This document shows, in pieces, positions 12,304 to 27,497 of a DNA stretch of 64,000 nt. The translations under genes were made by a program, and so were the position numbers. The DNA comes from Octopus vulgaris (Eukaryota): NCBI GenBank assembly GCA_951406725.2, contig OX597818.1:62992001-63056000 (forward strand). The letters are read 5' to 3'. How positions within the stretch are numbered: the stretch's first letter is position 1; the number at the start of each line of letters is the position of its first letter. The notes below the pieces were generated by a model, which was not told the DNA's origin, did not search any database, and worked only from the letters and a program-made list of their open reading frames with translations.

Positions 12304-15300
12304 ATATATATATATATAGGCAATTGGGGTTTAAAATGTCAGCATCTTGAGTAAAACATATGGGGTTCGTATCTCGTATATTGAATTGTTTTATGTAAAA
12401 ACTACTAAAGCAACACTATAGATCACTAATCCTGAATTCCTCATATGTGTAAGATATGGCTACTAAAATAATATATTGTAAAGGCTACGTTTTAGGCGAG
12501 AGAATTAAGAGCAGATTTTTTCTGTATGATAATGTAAATATTGGTCTCAAATTTTCACAGGGACGAAATAATGACAGCCATTTACAGGGAACTGGAATAA
12601 TTCAAATCAAATGCCAAATAATATGGAGCTCTTTTCATATATATGAGAAGTGTAGTTTATGTCTTGCTGATTCATGTAAAATGGTTGAATTATTTAAATA
12701 ATTGAAACTGCGCTTCAAATCACATGTCTTTATAGCTGGTGTTGTTTTACGTTAAAAATACTCTCACGCATCCATTTGAGGACACATTTAAATTCAAGAT
12801 ATTCCATGAGGGCGATGCCTCTTTCGAGATCATGTTCTCCAAGTAACCGCGTATATATTTCTACGTGTGTATGATTAAATATGCAATTAAACTGAAGGAA
12901 ACGTAAATAGGAATTTTACAAAAGCAATGAATTTCAAAACAATTACTATTTTGATTCCACCCCATTCTAATTTTTGCAACACCCCATATCATAATTGTTC
13001 GAAATGGATCGAAATTGTGAGACAAGGCTAGCAACTTCGGAGTAGGATGTAAGTTGCTTACTGCGACCCCTGAGCCCATTTGATACTAATTATATCGACC
13101 CGAAAGTATGAAAACAAAGTCAACCTCGACGGAATTTGAAACTGACGAAATGACGCTAAGACTTTGGCCAGATTCGGCCAGATCAGCGCCATAACTACGC
13201 CTTATAATAATATGAATAAAATGGGAAAAGTTCGTATTCCTTGTACAACTTGTGTCCCCATCGGAAGCCATACCTGAAATCCATGATATAAAATGTTTTG
13301 TACACACAGTGTTTACATTATGTGATTGTGAAAACTCTAATATCTTCTTTTCCGTTCTATAACCGAAAAAATATAGAACTGACCATTTAACTTCAATATC
13401 TACAAAATTCCTAATTACGAATAATTTAATAACCTGACGAAAATGACTGGGTGTCGTTTTAAGAAAGCAAACTTTTTGCAAAATCCGTTAGAGATGTTTT
13501 TCTTCTCATGAAAATTTTATAAAAATATGAAAAGAATCAATTAATATGATATCTGTGTTCAACGTTGAGTAGCTTTCTACTAGTGTTCTAATACAATTAT
13601 CGAACCGAAACTCTGCATACACCCCTGCACACACAAAATGATCAAAATATTAATATAATATTTCGCCGTTGTTTTATTACGGTACTGGATCGGCAGGATA
13701 ACAAACGGATTATTTTGCAGAATACCCAACCACATATATTCAAAGTTCAAGATCTACTACGTTTGACAGGGCCGTTTATCTTACCACAACTGATAAAAGA
13801 AGAACCAATGAAGTATTGGAATATATGCATTCAATTATAACATTTTTATTACGTTAGTAGCATGGCGCTCATGGCAGAAACCTACATTTAGTATTTCTAT
13901 ACGCGTTTATCTGAAGAAGGACGCTATTAATGCCTAGATTATTATTGGCAAACGAATCGGGTAAACAAACAACGTTTAATTATAGAATAGCAATTAGATA
14001 TATTTTTGCCTCTAATTTTGAAACAACAGTAGTCTGATTATAATTATTCCTAAAACAAATATCAATATACTAAATAAAAATGAATAAAGAATTTCTAAAG
14101 GCGTTTCATTTCTCACTATGTCGCATAGTCAAACGAGGCACAACGAGTATGCTGCATGCTGTAAATACAATATTAAATGCAAAATAACTAAGTTAATGAA
14201 ATAATATAACTGTGGGGAAACATGGAATACACTCTGTGCAAGGTGAATGTCTTGTATCTTAAAAATTGGAGTGTTTTAAAATAGAAATATAAATTTTTTA
14301 AAAAATGTGTACTTAAGAAGTTAGTTGTTGAGATTCAATTGTTCAAGTATATCATTTAGTGAGAAATATTGCCAAGGGAACGATATCTGGAAAGTCGAGA
14401 TGGCTACAGATTTTACTAAATTTAGTTTCCAAGCTTTATTTCCTTTTTCATTTCAATTAACATGTTTCCATTAATGGGTTAGTTATTTTGAGAAAAATTC
14501 GATCAAATGAGTTATTTTGAGTGAGAAAAAGATAATATATTTGTCAATTGTCTTACCAATAGTACGCTGTCGTTCGTTCAAAACGGCAGCCAAGAAATGT
14601 AAATATAATTACTGTAAATGTGTTACGTTTTCGTTTCGACAAATTGTTATGACTTACAATTGTACTTTTCATTAAAAAAATGTGACTTATTAACGTCTAA
14701 CTTTTGACATTAAAAAATTCATCTAACATTTTGCTGAGATCTATTCCCTTCTAAATATATCCTAATGGTTTTAATTTGGAAAATGTGCTTTATAGTATTG
14801 ATCAGTAATCGCCACGCTAGAGATTAAATGGATCTTGTCGTATACGATTCCCGATGCGATAGAAAGAAAATGACAAAAGACATATCGATGAATAAATCAT
14901 GGCCATTAATGACTTTTTCTTCTCTCTCATAAAAATCAACGAAACCAACATCTTAAACATTGACCGCCATTTTTTCATACAAAGCAACGAGAATGAAATA
15001 AAAACATTTACACTTGGCGAAGCTTGTCACGACACAGAACAGACTTGATAATACGTATACAGTGTTGGAAGACGGTTAACAATGGCTTAATCTCATTTGA
15101 TAAATATATAAATAACAAGAATCAAATTATAATTTTCTTTCTTTCAGAGCTCTGTAGAGGTACGCTTATAGTTTTAGGTTTCTTAAATACGCTTAAATTA
15201 TTTTCATTCATATAAGAATAAGATATAATACCAGGAGAAAAGTGTTTGATATATGATATATAATGCTCGAAAAGTTCAGAGCTATGAAGCCTTTATTCAC

Positions 15301-17544
15301 AGAGACGTTACGCCGTTTGAGAATCGTTTATTAGTTTTATGCGACACAAAAATCTGAATCGCAATTTCTTATTTCCGCTTGATATACATTTTTTATTTCC
15401 GCTTGATATACATGTATTAAATCATGTAAGGAAGTTTAACTGTAATATGCAAGTATTAAAAGTATTTCCTCGAGTGTTGCAAACTACATAAATACGGAAT
15501 GAATAATTCGGCTTACGGAATTAGGCACTCGCGAAAGGAATAACCGATTAATGACTGAAAGAACTCTATTACGAGTAACTTGAAGACAGATTTGTATAAG
15601 TGGCTGATACAATAGGTTTACATTATAAATTATTCATGATATCATTTTCAATGTTTTAAACTGTCTTTGGCTTAGAATTCTAAGTCCCGCATCTATAAAC
15701 ATTTCTTTCATTCATCCGTTACTGTTGAAGAAACATCCAGTAAAATAGTTTCTCCAATCAAACGTCTGTGCTTAACAAAAAATCAATATTTAGCGACGGA
15801 GTAACATAATGGTGAAAAAAAATGTTATTCAATTCCAAATATTCGAAATATTACATCAGGAAACATATTGAAGTTTCAAAATATAAAAGGAAATAATTCA
15901 CTGTATAAAGTGATAGTTTGCAAAGAAATATCTCTCTGAAACCTTTTGTGAAAAACTATTGTTGCTACTATGTTAAATAGCTACTGTTTCTGATGTTACT
16001 GCAGTTGACTTCAAGATGTAAACTGGAAGATTAAATAACCATGTTATGTTATCAGACATTAAATGGCGATTTAGCTTCATAAAATGAGAAAATTGCTCAC
16101 AGTCAATACTACTCTTCTGTTCGTTCGTTTTTATGCAATATATTCCAAACCAATTGGCGTAGAACTTTATTTACTGTCTTTACTAGCATAGATAATATTC
16201 AGCCACTAAGAGCTTCCGAAAAATTTATAGCTAGGTAAAAATGCTCAATTGATCTCTTTTATTACAAATGCAACGCACTTCGATTTCTTACGAGGAATTA
16301 AGTGTTATTTTTATGTAGTATTTCATTTGATTTTGTTGCTAGTGTTCTATTAACTCTTTTAAAACATATTTCCTGCTCTGAAAGCATTTTGGCCATATAC
16401 AATAGAAATGCATTAATTTGAGCCCATTAATACGATTCCTAAGATTTTCGTAGATAATAAGATTTCCGAATTGCGCAGTAAGTATGTTTCTTTTATTCAT
16501 TTATTCCTAAGAAGAAATTATATATGTCTTCTTTAAAAATTACGTTTATAAATAAAAAGCTCGAAATTGAAATAAAATGCATTCAAATAAGAAAAAAAGT
16601 TATGTAGATAATGCTTTGATAATGCATTATACCATAATTTTAGCTACGATGGATGATGCAATATTAACAATATAGAGAAAGGAAAGACATATAAAAGGAT
16701 TTCAGCACATTTATATCTAATTAAACAACAACAACAATAATAATCTTGCTGGGAAAAACTAAAAGATATTCTAAATTATTTTAAGGAACGAAGCCTTATA
16801 GTCTCATATGAGTTATTCAGCATTATAAATTACTCACTGGTTATAAAAACATTTTTCCTAGATAAAACGTCAAACTGGAATATATTAGCAAAACGTGGAT
16901 CAGAATTCGTAGATGTATTTTGTATGTAAATAATAGGAAAATGGTTGAGAAATAATCGATTGTTTTGTTCATAAGAAATAGAGGTTTGCCCTTTTAGCCA
17001 GACGGACCGGAAGTTGTGCACTTAATCTTGTATTGTGAAAATTCTCTACAGTGTGAAGGAGAATATAGACCATTATATCACCGGAAATTGAACACATTTT
17101 CCTTTTATGTCATATTTCTTAGTGACAGAGATGTTTGAAGGGAAGGGCACTGAGTATCACTACTACCTACTTAATTCTGATTAGCTGTCTTCGAAAGATA
17201 TCCATCAATGTTTGTTGTAGGTATTAAAACTTGAAAGTATTATGTCAAATACACCATAGGTTATCTGCGTGAACGTCTCGCAATGAGGTTTGTAACGTAA
17301 ATATATTTTCTTAATTCAAAGCATTTCAAAATTTCTACATCTTATTCAGGAAAATGTATTTCTTACACGATAATCATAGCGGAAACAAAAATGACCGCCA
17401 TCCAATTATAGAAAACTGAAGTTCTCTTCATATGAAATACATTATTGCCGTTTACATGAATGATATCAACAAAATTAAGCATATAACCAATACACGACAA
17501 GACGCCCTGTATTTAAATACATGAATTTTCTTAGTGCGCTCCGT

Positions 17545-17720
17545 CGCAGGTGAGCTGCGAGATGCAGGAGGAAAGAGTGAGAGAAATTTGTGGCGAAAGA
17601 GTCATCAGAAGTTCATCATTACCATTACGTGGAGCGTAGGTGTTTCGCACATAAACACACATATCACCCGGTCTGTGATTCGAACCCGCGATACTTCGAC
17701 CACTAGGCCATGTGCCTCCA
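17545..17720 (-). mobile_element. SINE family B-related, degraded
   Basis: Reverse complement of TGGAGGCACATGGCCTAGTGG...GGGTTCGAATC head and partial B body. Confidence 0.7.
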
Positions 17721-17726
17721 TATCTA

Positions 17727-17783
<57 letters not shown>

Positions 17784-17798
17784 CTCTCTCTCTCTCTC

Positions 17799-17857
<59 letters not shown>

Positions 17858-17891
17858 CTTTATATACATATATATATATCTATATATATAC

Positions 17892-18326
<435 letters not shown>

Positions 18327-18512
18327 CATACATACATATATATATATATATTGGCGTAGGAGTGTATGTGTGGGGAGGAATTTCCCTCACTACAAAATGT
18401 TTCCCTTTTCAGTCCCAAAACATGAAAATATTGGCAGTTGTCCTCTACTGTAGCCTCGGGCCGAATAAAGCCATGTGAGTGGATATTGTAGAGGGAAACT
18501 GAAAGACGCGCC

Positions 18513-18548
<36 letters not shown>

Positions 18549-19005
18549 AGGGAGAGAGCGAAAGAGAGAGAGAGAGACAGACAGACATACAGACGCACAC
18601 ATACAACGCATAAATGCATCAACCTATGTGTAAGGAATATATTTTCTGAGGTAACCCTTCGCACCAAAAAATCAAATTATGTTAAAGAGTTCAAATTGCG
18701 TCATCATTAAAAGAAAACGTGGAGAGGAAGTAGTTTACACAGCCATTGTTACTATTTGAAAGAGGTAAGTTTTAAAGCACACACAAATAAACACATACAC
18801 GCATATATGTATAGTAATATAAAGTTTCAAATAGAATGAAGTACTTGAGAAGACTTGCACCAGGTAAGGTTGAATAAACATGTGGTTCTGGCCTGTAGTT
18901 GTTAAGTATCAAATAGGATTTTCCGTTTGTGTACACAGAGAAAACTAGCACTATGATCTGACAATTACCCATAGTCTGTTCTTATTCATTTGATTATATA
19001 TATAT

Positions 19006-19236
19006 ATTTCTTTACTACCCACAAGGGACTAAACACAGAGGGGACAAACAAGGACAGACAAAGGGATTTAGTCGATTACATCGACCCCAGTGCGTAACTG
19101 GTACTTAATTTATCGACCCCGAAAGGATGAAAGGCAAAGTCGGCCTCGGCGGAATTTGAATTCAGAACGTAACGGCAGACGAAATACGGCTTCGCATTTC
19201 GCCCGGCGTGCTAACGTTTCTGCCAGTTCGCCGCCT
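19006..19236 (-). mobile_element. SINE family C monomer
   Basis: Full head to AAAGAAATA tail; flanked by TTGATTATATATATA on both sides, a probable TSD. Confidence 0.9.
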
Positions 19237-19258
19237 TGATTATATATATATATATACA

Positions 19259-19289
<31 letters not shown>

Positions 19290-19291
<2 letters not shown>

Positions 19292-19690
19292 CATTTCAAC
19301 AAGTTTGAAGATTTTTTCTGTGACAGTCCTCCATGATCAGTTCCTGAATGTTTAGGATGTTTTCGCTCTTTCGGGAGGTCGACGGTCATTCTAAACGACG
19401 GCCATTCATCAGTGGACAAATGAATATTCCTAAAGCGTTAAAATCACTCATAAACTTGTGTTTTGCTTTTGGCAGTGTCCTACTAAGCTGTTTGAAGCAT
19501 GACTTATGCTTCCGTCTCTCAGCCATCTCAAAAATCGACGAACAGGTGAGAAGCACTTGAAAACAAAGACTCACCACTTGGGTGTACGGCTGCATTGGAT
19601 GTAAATCAGTCAGCAAACCCATGCCTGTGGGTCACATCAAGTGGCTTCTAGTGGCAGAGGCTTGAACGTGTTTGTCTCACACAGAAAGTT
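19290..19690 (-). mobile_element. Mariner transposase N-terminal (HTH) relic
   Basis: Broken minus-strand reading ...KTQVYE*F*RF...PSTSRKSENILNIQELIMED resembles the mariner WFxRFxxG...GRPSTS..ENI motif. Confidence 0.6.
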
Positions 19691-21473
19691 TCTGGTTACT
19701 TATGTCTACTCCTTCGTATATGCATATACATGTGTGTGTGTGTGTGTGTGTGTGTTTGTATATGTATGTGTGTATATATGCAAATATATATATATATGCG
19801 AATGTGTTTCTGTTAGTTTCATCAATGAAATGAAATTGACGAAATGTATTCTGAGGGTTGGTATGGATATGCTTTGAAATTGCTGAGGAAACCAAATGAT
19901 GGACTCCGCACAGTCTCGTTATTTGTAACTTGTTTCCGAAGATATACGTCCACCGAAGATTATAGTACACATACCTGCGCAAGATTCCAAGCTTTCATAT
20001 ATTACTGGATACCTAAATATGTGCCAAAAGATTTACATCACGACTCGGCCACTCAGATAAGACACTCTATGATATTTACGGTATTCCATTATATTATATG
20101 AAATTGTCGTGTCTGCCTTTACTGAACACCTTGAAATTAGCATTTGGATATAAGCATCTTTTGGCGTTCACTACCAGGGATTACTGTGGCTTATCTTATT
20201 CACATTTTGCATATCAGTTACATAATATCTGCATTCTTTCAAAACCTCACCAGTTGATTCTAATTAAGAGATTTTCTTTCTAAAACCCTAACATAACGTG
20301 AGATCTTTGATAAGATTCATTTATTAGTTTTCTTGGATGACTAATCCTTTGATCTATCTTTATTTAATACGAATAGAAAGCCTTAGGCTTGTTTCAATTT
20401 TGGTATCTTTGATTTTGAATCCATACACATACATGCATACATATATACATAAATGTGTTTGTGTAAGTCTGTGTTTGTGTGTTTATGTAAAAATGATGTA
20501 ATTATACATTAATGGATTGAACGTTACAAGAAAAGAGCTGGTTCTAAGAAATTTGTAGATTTCAATACTTAGCTAAGCACACACAAACAGACAGATAAAA
20601 AGACAGAGACTACACCGCAACGACTTTTAAAAGACTCATCAATTTTGCTATATCGGAGCAACGGGAATTAGATTTTTGTTCGAGCTACGTTAAATGGTTT
20701 ACTAGAAAAAAATTATTTATAACTGGCAGTTGAGAGCATATAACGTTTATAGACTATTATCTAGTCTTCGTTTAATTTCAATATATATGGTACAAATGAC
20801 AGAAGAAAATATAGTATTTATTGTTTAAGTATTTCCACTTCGAAATAATGTTGTTATTTATGTCTGGTTCACTTACTTTTATAAGAAATATTTCCAAAAC
20901 ATTTTCTGTTTTATCTTTCCATTATTTAATGTTTCTCTTTTGAAACTGTTCGAGGTCTCATACAGAAAATGGCATACATATGAAATTATACGTTCGATTC
21001 TATATTATTAAAGTCGAGGTCATTCTCCAGAAGTCTTTAACCATAATCTTTCAGTTTTCTTATAGTGTTTTCATACGAATTTCACAACGAGATTTCCATC
21101 AAAATATCTTGGATATTTTCTAAGAATGTCTCTGTCACTTGGGTGATTTTCTGACTTTTTGACAAATTATTTAAAGGTTATTTTCTGCATTAATATGTGT
21201 AAACAATCTTTTGACATTTTCGAACAAAACTATGCATGAATTGTTTAGCTTTTCCAATATTTCTGTATCTTTTTTTTTTGTTATTATTCAGATGTAATAT
21301 TATAGAAATATATAGAAATATAAGACTTCGTGTACATGTATGTGTACGTCTCCAAGTTTATATATATATATACATACATACATATATATCTGTGTGTGTA
21401 TGTATATATATGTATAGATGTATAAATTATATCTGCATGTGTATGGTCATACATTTATATATAATAAATACCC

Positions 21474-21506
<33 letters not shown>

Positions 21507-21552
21507 CACATACATATATGTATGTATATATATATATATACATATATATATC

Positions 21553-21613
<61 letters not shown>

Positions 21614-22142
21614 TGTGTGTGTGTGTGTGTGTGTGTCTTTACCAGAGGTCATCCAAATATAACTATTCTTTCACTTTTGATATTTTAGAAATATTTAGTA
21701 ACTATTCAGATGCTGAAGATGGTCTTGGTTCTTTTTTTTTTTTCTGCTTGTTCTCTTGTTCGACGTGACGTCTTTGTATTCGAGACTTACGTAAATCATT
21801 GACATATTCACTTCAATAATTCCTAAGATATGTAAGTCTGTAATAGTTTTGACTTATTTCAAGTACAATTTATCACTGCGAGGATTTGGATGGCTGTGAA
21901 GTAGGCGTGAAACTGAGTGAGAGCCACTTCTGAAGCGTAGGTCGATACCGGCTTCGACTATATTTACTTCTAATCGAATAATATACATTCGGTTAAGCAA
22001 TCGCTTTAAACATTGCAAATTTATGTATCTGGAAACATAAGTTATTTCCAGTAAAGAAGTCATTGAATTGTAGTTTTCCACATACACATACAGATTTATA
22101 CATACATATATACATACGTAGAAACATACATACACACCGTTA

Positions 22143-22144
<2 letters not shown>

Positions 22145-22189
<45 letters not shown>

Positions 22190-22190
22190 A

Positions 22191-22235
<45 letters not shown>

Positions 22236-22271
22236 GTATATCTATCTGTCTATCTATCTATCTGTCTATCA

Positions 22272-22304
<33 letters not shown>

Positions 22305-22324
22305 ACTATCTGTCATTCTATATA

Positions 22325-22387
<63 letters not shown>

Positions 22388-22580
22388 TATTATTATCATT
22401 ATAACCATCATCATCATCAATATTATTATTACTATCATTATTATTATTATTATTGTCATTATTATTATTATTAGTAGTAGTAGTAGTAGTATTAGTAGTA
22501 ATAGCGGTGGTACTACTACTACTACTACTAGTAGTAGTAGTAGTGGTGGTGGTGGTGGTGGTAGTAGTTGTAGTAGTAGT
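22145..22580. repeat. Compound microsatellite: (TCTA)n, then (TAT)/(TAG)/(TAC)/(TGG)n
   Basis: Direct reading. Confidence 0.95.
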
Positions 22581-22968
22581 ATCATCTAAAATATTTTTCC
22601 ATTTCTGTCTTCCTGATACCAAGGGCAGAAAATGTCTCTGTATAGATTGGTAGGCCATTAAATTAAAAAAAAAGACAATACCAGATTGTTAATTTACGAA
22701 GTCAAGTTATGTAATAGAAATAGAGGAAAAACAGAAAGAAAGATAAGGGAAAAATAGCAAAATATAGAAAAAAAGAAAAAAAGAAAAAAGGAACAAAACA
22801 ACTGCTGTGCTCCGGCATGGCCGCAGTCAGACGTCTGAAGCATATAAAGGAATAAACAAAAAAGTGGAATTGAGAAAAGAAAATTCGCAGTGACAAGTAA
22901 ACAATAGGTGCGTCATATTAGTTGAAACAATCTTCTTAACTTCCTACATGGATGATAAGCCAGGATCA

Positions 22969-23645
22969 TCTTTATATATAAAAGATAAGTTGTGTGTCTG
23001 TCTCCTACGATTTAGATTCCGAACTACTCCCACGTTTTGCGGTGCAGTTTAACCAAAACCGGGTATCTTGTAGTCGTGATTCATATCGAGCCCTTCTGGG
23101 TATTAGCGCGCGTTTACGATGAGTCTACGATTTAAAAAAAAATTACCATCATTTATTTCCATTTCAATGCATTTTTTCGCTATTATATAAGGGAAGTAAC
23201 TCTCTAAAAATGTCTACGATGAGTCAACGATTTAAAAAAAATTACCGTTATTTTTTCCATTTTAATGCATTTTTTTCGCTATTATATAAGGGAAGTAACT
23301 CTCTAAAATGTCTACGATGAGTCAACGATTTAAAAAAAAATTACCGTCATTTTTTCCATTTTGATGCATTTTTTCGCTATTATATAAAGGAAGTAACTCT
23401 CTAAAATCTCTACGATGAGTCTACGATTTAAAAAAATATTACCATCATTTTTTCCCATTTTAATGCACTTTTTTCGCTATTATATATGGGAAGTAACTCT
23501 CTAAAAATGTCTAAGATAAGTCAACGATTTAAAAAACAAAATTTACCATCATTTTTTTTTCCATTTTTAATGCATTTTTTTGTTATTTTTTGGCTATATA
23601 GTTATTTCCCTTACAAACCCGAGCAACGCCGGGCGATACTGCTGG
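22969..23645 (+). mobile_element. Non-autonomous Helitron, copy 2, with expanded internal minisatellite
   Basis: A|TC start; same 3' hairpin as 3100-3494; ends CTGG|T (CTRR); ~98-bp unit starts near 23113, 23213, 23311, 23409 and 23510. Confidence 0.85.
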
Positions 23646-23799
23646 TTTTCAAATAATTTTCAGTTCCCTTCTTGATCATTCCTGTTGCTCCTACATTTAC
23701 TGTTTCTGTAAGTTTCTTGAGATGCCACGTTTTTTGAATTCAATAAGCATATCTTATTTTCTCGGCTTGTCAATTTCTTTTGCCGAGATATTTAGATGG

Positions 23800-24181
23800 A
23801 AGCACTCCATCGGTTGCGACGATGAGGGTTCCGGTTGATCCGATCAACGGAACAGCCTGCTCGTGAAATTAACGTGTAAGTGGCTGAGCACTCCACAAAC
23901 ACGTGTACCCTTAACGTAGTTCTCGGGGATATTCAGCGTGACACAGAGAGTGACAAGGCCGGCCCCTTGAAATGCAGGTACAACAGAAACAGGAAGTAAG
24001 AGTGAGAGAAAGTTGTGGTGAAAGAGTACAGCAGGGATCACCACCATCCCCTGCCGGAGCCTCGTGGAGCTTTTAGGTGTTTTCGCTCAATAAACACTCA
24101 CAACGCCCGGTCTGGGAATCGAAACCGCGATCCTACGACCGCGAGTCCGCTGCCCTAACCACTGGGCCATTGCGCCTCCAC
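23800..24181 (-). mobile_element. SINE family B, full length with TSD
   Basis: TSD GCCGAGATATT at 23782-23792 and 24182-24192; intact A and B boxes. Confidence 0.92.
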
Positions 24182-24694
24182 GCCGAGATATTACGATCAG
24201 AAGGAATACTCCTGTCGATCAATAAACAGAAATTATTGACATTGTCTTTTTACTCTTTTACAACAATCTTCGATTTATTAGCTTTGATGCTTCTGTCTAT
24301 GTGCCAGGAGGTCCCAAGCAATCGTTATATTTCCTCCCTCAGTTACAGCTTGAGTGTAGTACTTACACCATTTGTCAGAAGTTTTGACTTTATAATGCGG
24401 ACATATTAACCAGTGTAGATATTGGTCAACTGTGCTATGTCTTCATTTATACTTCATAGGTGCCGACACTGTTACACCCAGAGATCAAGTGGTCCACTAT
24501 ATAATCCTCAACGGTCAAGTACCGGCATTTTGAATGTACTTCATTTTTTTCATCGCATTGGCTTCGAATTTTCGGCTAAATAACCTTTGATTCTAGGCAG
24601 CTAAGATGAAGCCTTCACGCTCTACCTTTAGCGCTGAACTCGTAGCAACTTATCGCAGTGCTTATAGTCTGCATCTATTATTATTTATTATTTA

Positions 24695-24725
<31 letters not shown>

Positions 24726-24766
24726 AATTAATATTATTTTTATTATTATTATTATATTTAATATTA

Positions 24767-24831
<65 letters not shown>

Positions 24832-24846
24832 ATTATTATTATTATT

Positions 24847-25190
24847 AGGCGCATGGCTCAGTGGTTAGAGCGTCGAGCTTACGATCGTGAGGTTGTGAGC
24901 TCGAATCCCGGACCGGGCTGCGTGTTGTGTTCTCGAGCAAGGCATTTTATTTCACGTTGCTCCAGTTCACTCAGCTGTAGAAATGAGTTGCGACGTCACT
25001 GGTGCCAAGCTGTATCGACCTTTGTCTTTCCCTTGGATAACACTGGTGGCGTGGAGAGGGGAGGCTGGTATGCATGGGCGACTGCTGGTCTTCCATAAAC
25101 AACCTCGCCCGAACTTGTCTCTAGGAGGGTAACTTTCTAGGTGCAATCCCATGGTCATTCATGACCGAAGGGGGTCTTTACCTTACTTTT
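24847..25190 (+). mobile_element. SINE family D (tRNA head plus CORE-like domain)
   Basis: TGGCTCAGTGGTTAGAGC A box, GCTCGAATCCC B box, then GTGTTGTGTTCTCGAGCAAGGCATTTTATTTCAC...CAGCTGTAGAAATGAGT resembling the CORE domain; embedded in (TTA)n. Confidence 0.85.
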
Positions 25191-25194
25191 ACCT

Positions 25195-25282
25195 ATTATT
25201 AATTATTATTATTATTATTATTATTATAATTATTATTATTATAATTATAATAATAAAAATAATAATTATTATTATTATTATA

Positions 25283-25348
<66 letters not shown>

Positions 25349-25393
25349 ATTATTATTATAATTATTATTATTATTATTATTATTATCATTATA

Positions 25394-25431
<38 letters not shown>

Positions 25432-25591
25432 CATTATTATAATTATTATTATTATTATTATAATTATAATTATTATTATTATTATAATTATTATTATTAT
25501 TATTATTACTATTATTATTATTATTATTATTATTATCATTATTATTATTATTACCATAATAATTAATATTATTATAATTATTATAATTTTA

Positions 25592-25633
<42 letters not shown>

Positions 25634-25662
25634 GTTACTATTATTATTATTATTATTATTAC

Positions 25663-25705
<43 letters not shown>
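25195..25705. repeat. Long (TTA)n microsatellite
   Basis: Direct reading; source of the poly-Ile ORFs. Confidence 0.95.
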
Positions 25706-25708
<3 letters not shown>

Positions 25709-26333
25709 TAGTTTTATTTTTATAGCGTGCTTTCACTTCACTACCGAGCGCAGCTTTCTGTGACTTAGGTATGTGCTGTGATTTGTTGTGATGCTCTGAT
25801 GGTTATTGTATGGAAAGTGTTCTGCGTAGGATGTGTGCAGTGCCTAGCAGTGCAATTTTCTGTATGTTATATGTGTTTGTAAGTCCTGGTGTTTTTGTTA
25901 TGTATTTGTCTGAATATTTTTTTTATCATGCCTAATGCACCTACTATGATAGGAATTGTTTCCGTTTTTAGATTCCACATTCTGGTTACCTCTATTTCTA
26001 GGTCTATGTATTTTGAAAGTTTCTCCATTTCTTTTAGAGACACGTTGTCATCTGCCGGTATTGAAACATCAATTAGAAAGCATTTTTTTCTTCATGATCT
26101 CTGACAACTATATCTGGTCAGTTGGCCTTAATTTCTCTATCTGTGTGTATTGGCATATCCCAGAGTATGGTTGCTTTCTCGTTTTCTGTGACCTTTTCTC
26201 TGTTGTTATTCCATAATGTTGGCATAGTTTCCAGTGTATGTAGGTTCCAACTCTGTCATGTCTGTGAATATATTCCTTCTTAGTCAGGACTGGGCAGCCA
26301 GAGATAATATGATTTATTGTTTCTTGTCCATCT
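25706..26333 (-). mobile_element. Dong/R4-clade non-LTR retrotransposon 3' fragment (CCHC finger plus restriction-like endonuclease)
   Basis: Minus reading ETINHIISGC...HRHDRVG..IHWKLC...ILWDMPIHTDREIKAN*PDIVV...FLIDVSIP...EKLSKY.DL..EV.RMW...IPIIVGALG...QKIALLGTAHILRR; stop and frameshifts present; flanked by TAA repeats. Confidence 0.9.
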
Positions 26334-26340
26334 TATATAA

Positions 26341-26376
<36 letters not shown>

Positions 26377-26425
26377 CATTATTATTATTATTATTAATAT
26401 TATTATTATTATCATTATTATTATT

Positions 26426-26545
26426 CGCTTGTTTTATTTTTGTCACATGTTTTAACTGCACTACAGAGCGCAGGCCTATGTCGATTAAGTATGCTTTGTG
26501 GTTAGTTGTGATGCTCTTATTTTTTCTGTATTTAATGTGTTTTCG
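26426..26545 (-). mobile_element. Second, diverged Dong/R4 3'-UTR stub
   Basis: GTTTTATTTTTG...CACTACAGAGCGCAG...GTTGTGATGCTCT parallels 25711-25800. Confidence 0.7.
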
Positions 26546-26599
26546 CGTACCAAAAAGGATTATGTAATTCAAGCTGGTATGAATAACACACGCACACAC

Positions 26600-26648
<49 letters not shown>

Positions 26649-27261
26649 CAATGAAGATAAACAGTGATGCGTTTTGTGTTTCTATAAAGGCCAAATATAT
26701 TTGTTACTAAATGCGACTATGTGTGTCAAGACACATAAATTGCTAGAAATGAGGTTGAAAATACTTTACTCTTGTACGATAAGCACATAAAATTATACAT
26801 ATATACTCACAAGTGCTGCAATCGTATACATTTATGTGTTTCTAGTACAGCATTTTAGCTCTTATTTAAATGAATGTAGGTGTCTTGATACAATCGCATT
26901 TCATGAGAACTATAAATTTTCATTTATGGTAAATGACTGCGCATGGCTGTTTGTATCAATTTTCTTTATGCACATTAGCGATTCGCTAAATCATACATAA
27001 TTTTTGATGGTAAGTACATATATGCTGACAGGACACTAAGCTCGGAATGAGCCGAGCAAGCAGTACTTACTGAAGAGGCGACGGAAATAGCCGAAACAGA
27101 GCGTTCAGTATAAGGAATTTTTGAGTTGGCGTTTCGGGGATATAGCAAGCTCCGCAAGCATGCATGTATATATTTCCGTGCATTTCGTACAGCATTAGGG
27201 CATTTAAGCTCTTATTTCTAGCAAGGAAGGTGTATATGTATACACACACACACACACACAC

Positions 27262-27336
<75 letters not shown>

Positions 27337-27442
27337 TAAATAGTATGGATGGCTTATTCACAATTACAGCTTAAAGGCAGAAATATGGACGTCACTAAAG
27401 TGAGAAAAGCCCCATTCAGTACCAGAATTGCTACGTATGTAT

Positions 27443-27497
<55 letters not shown>

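Noticed and set aside
15369-15413. Direct repeat TTATTTCCGCTTGATATACAT x2
   Set aside because: Simple local slippage duplication.
24847-24920. tRNA gene candidates at SINE heads (also 45574 and 56580-56647)
   Set aside because: A and B boxes run directly into SINE bodies with tails and TSDs; no complete cloverleaf or terminator.
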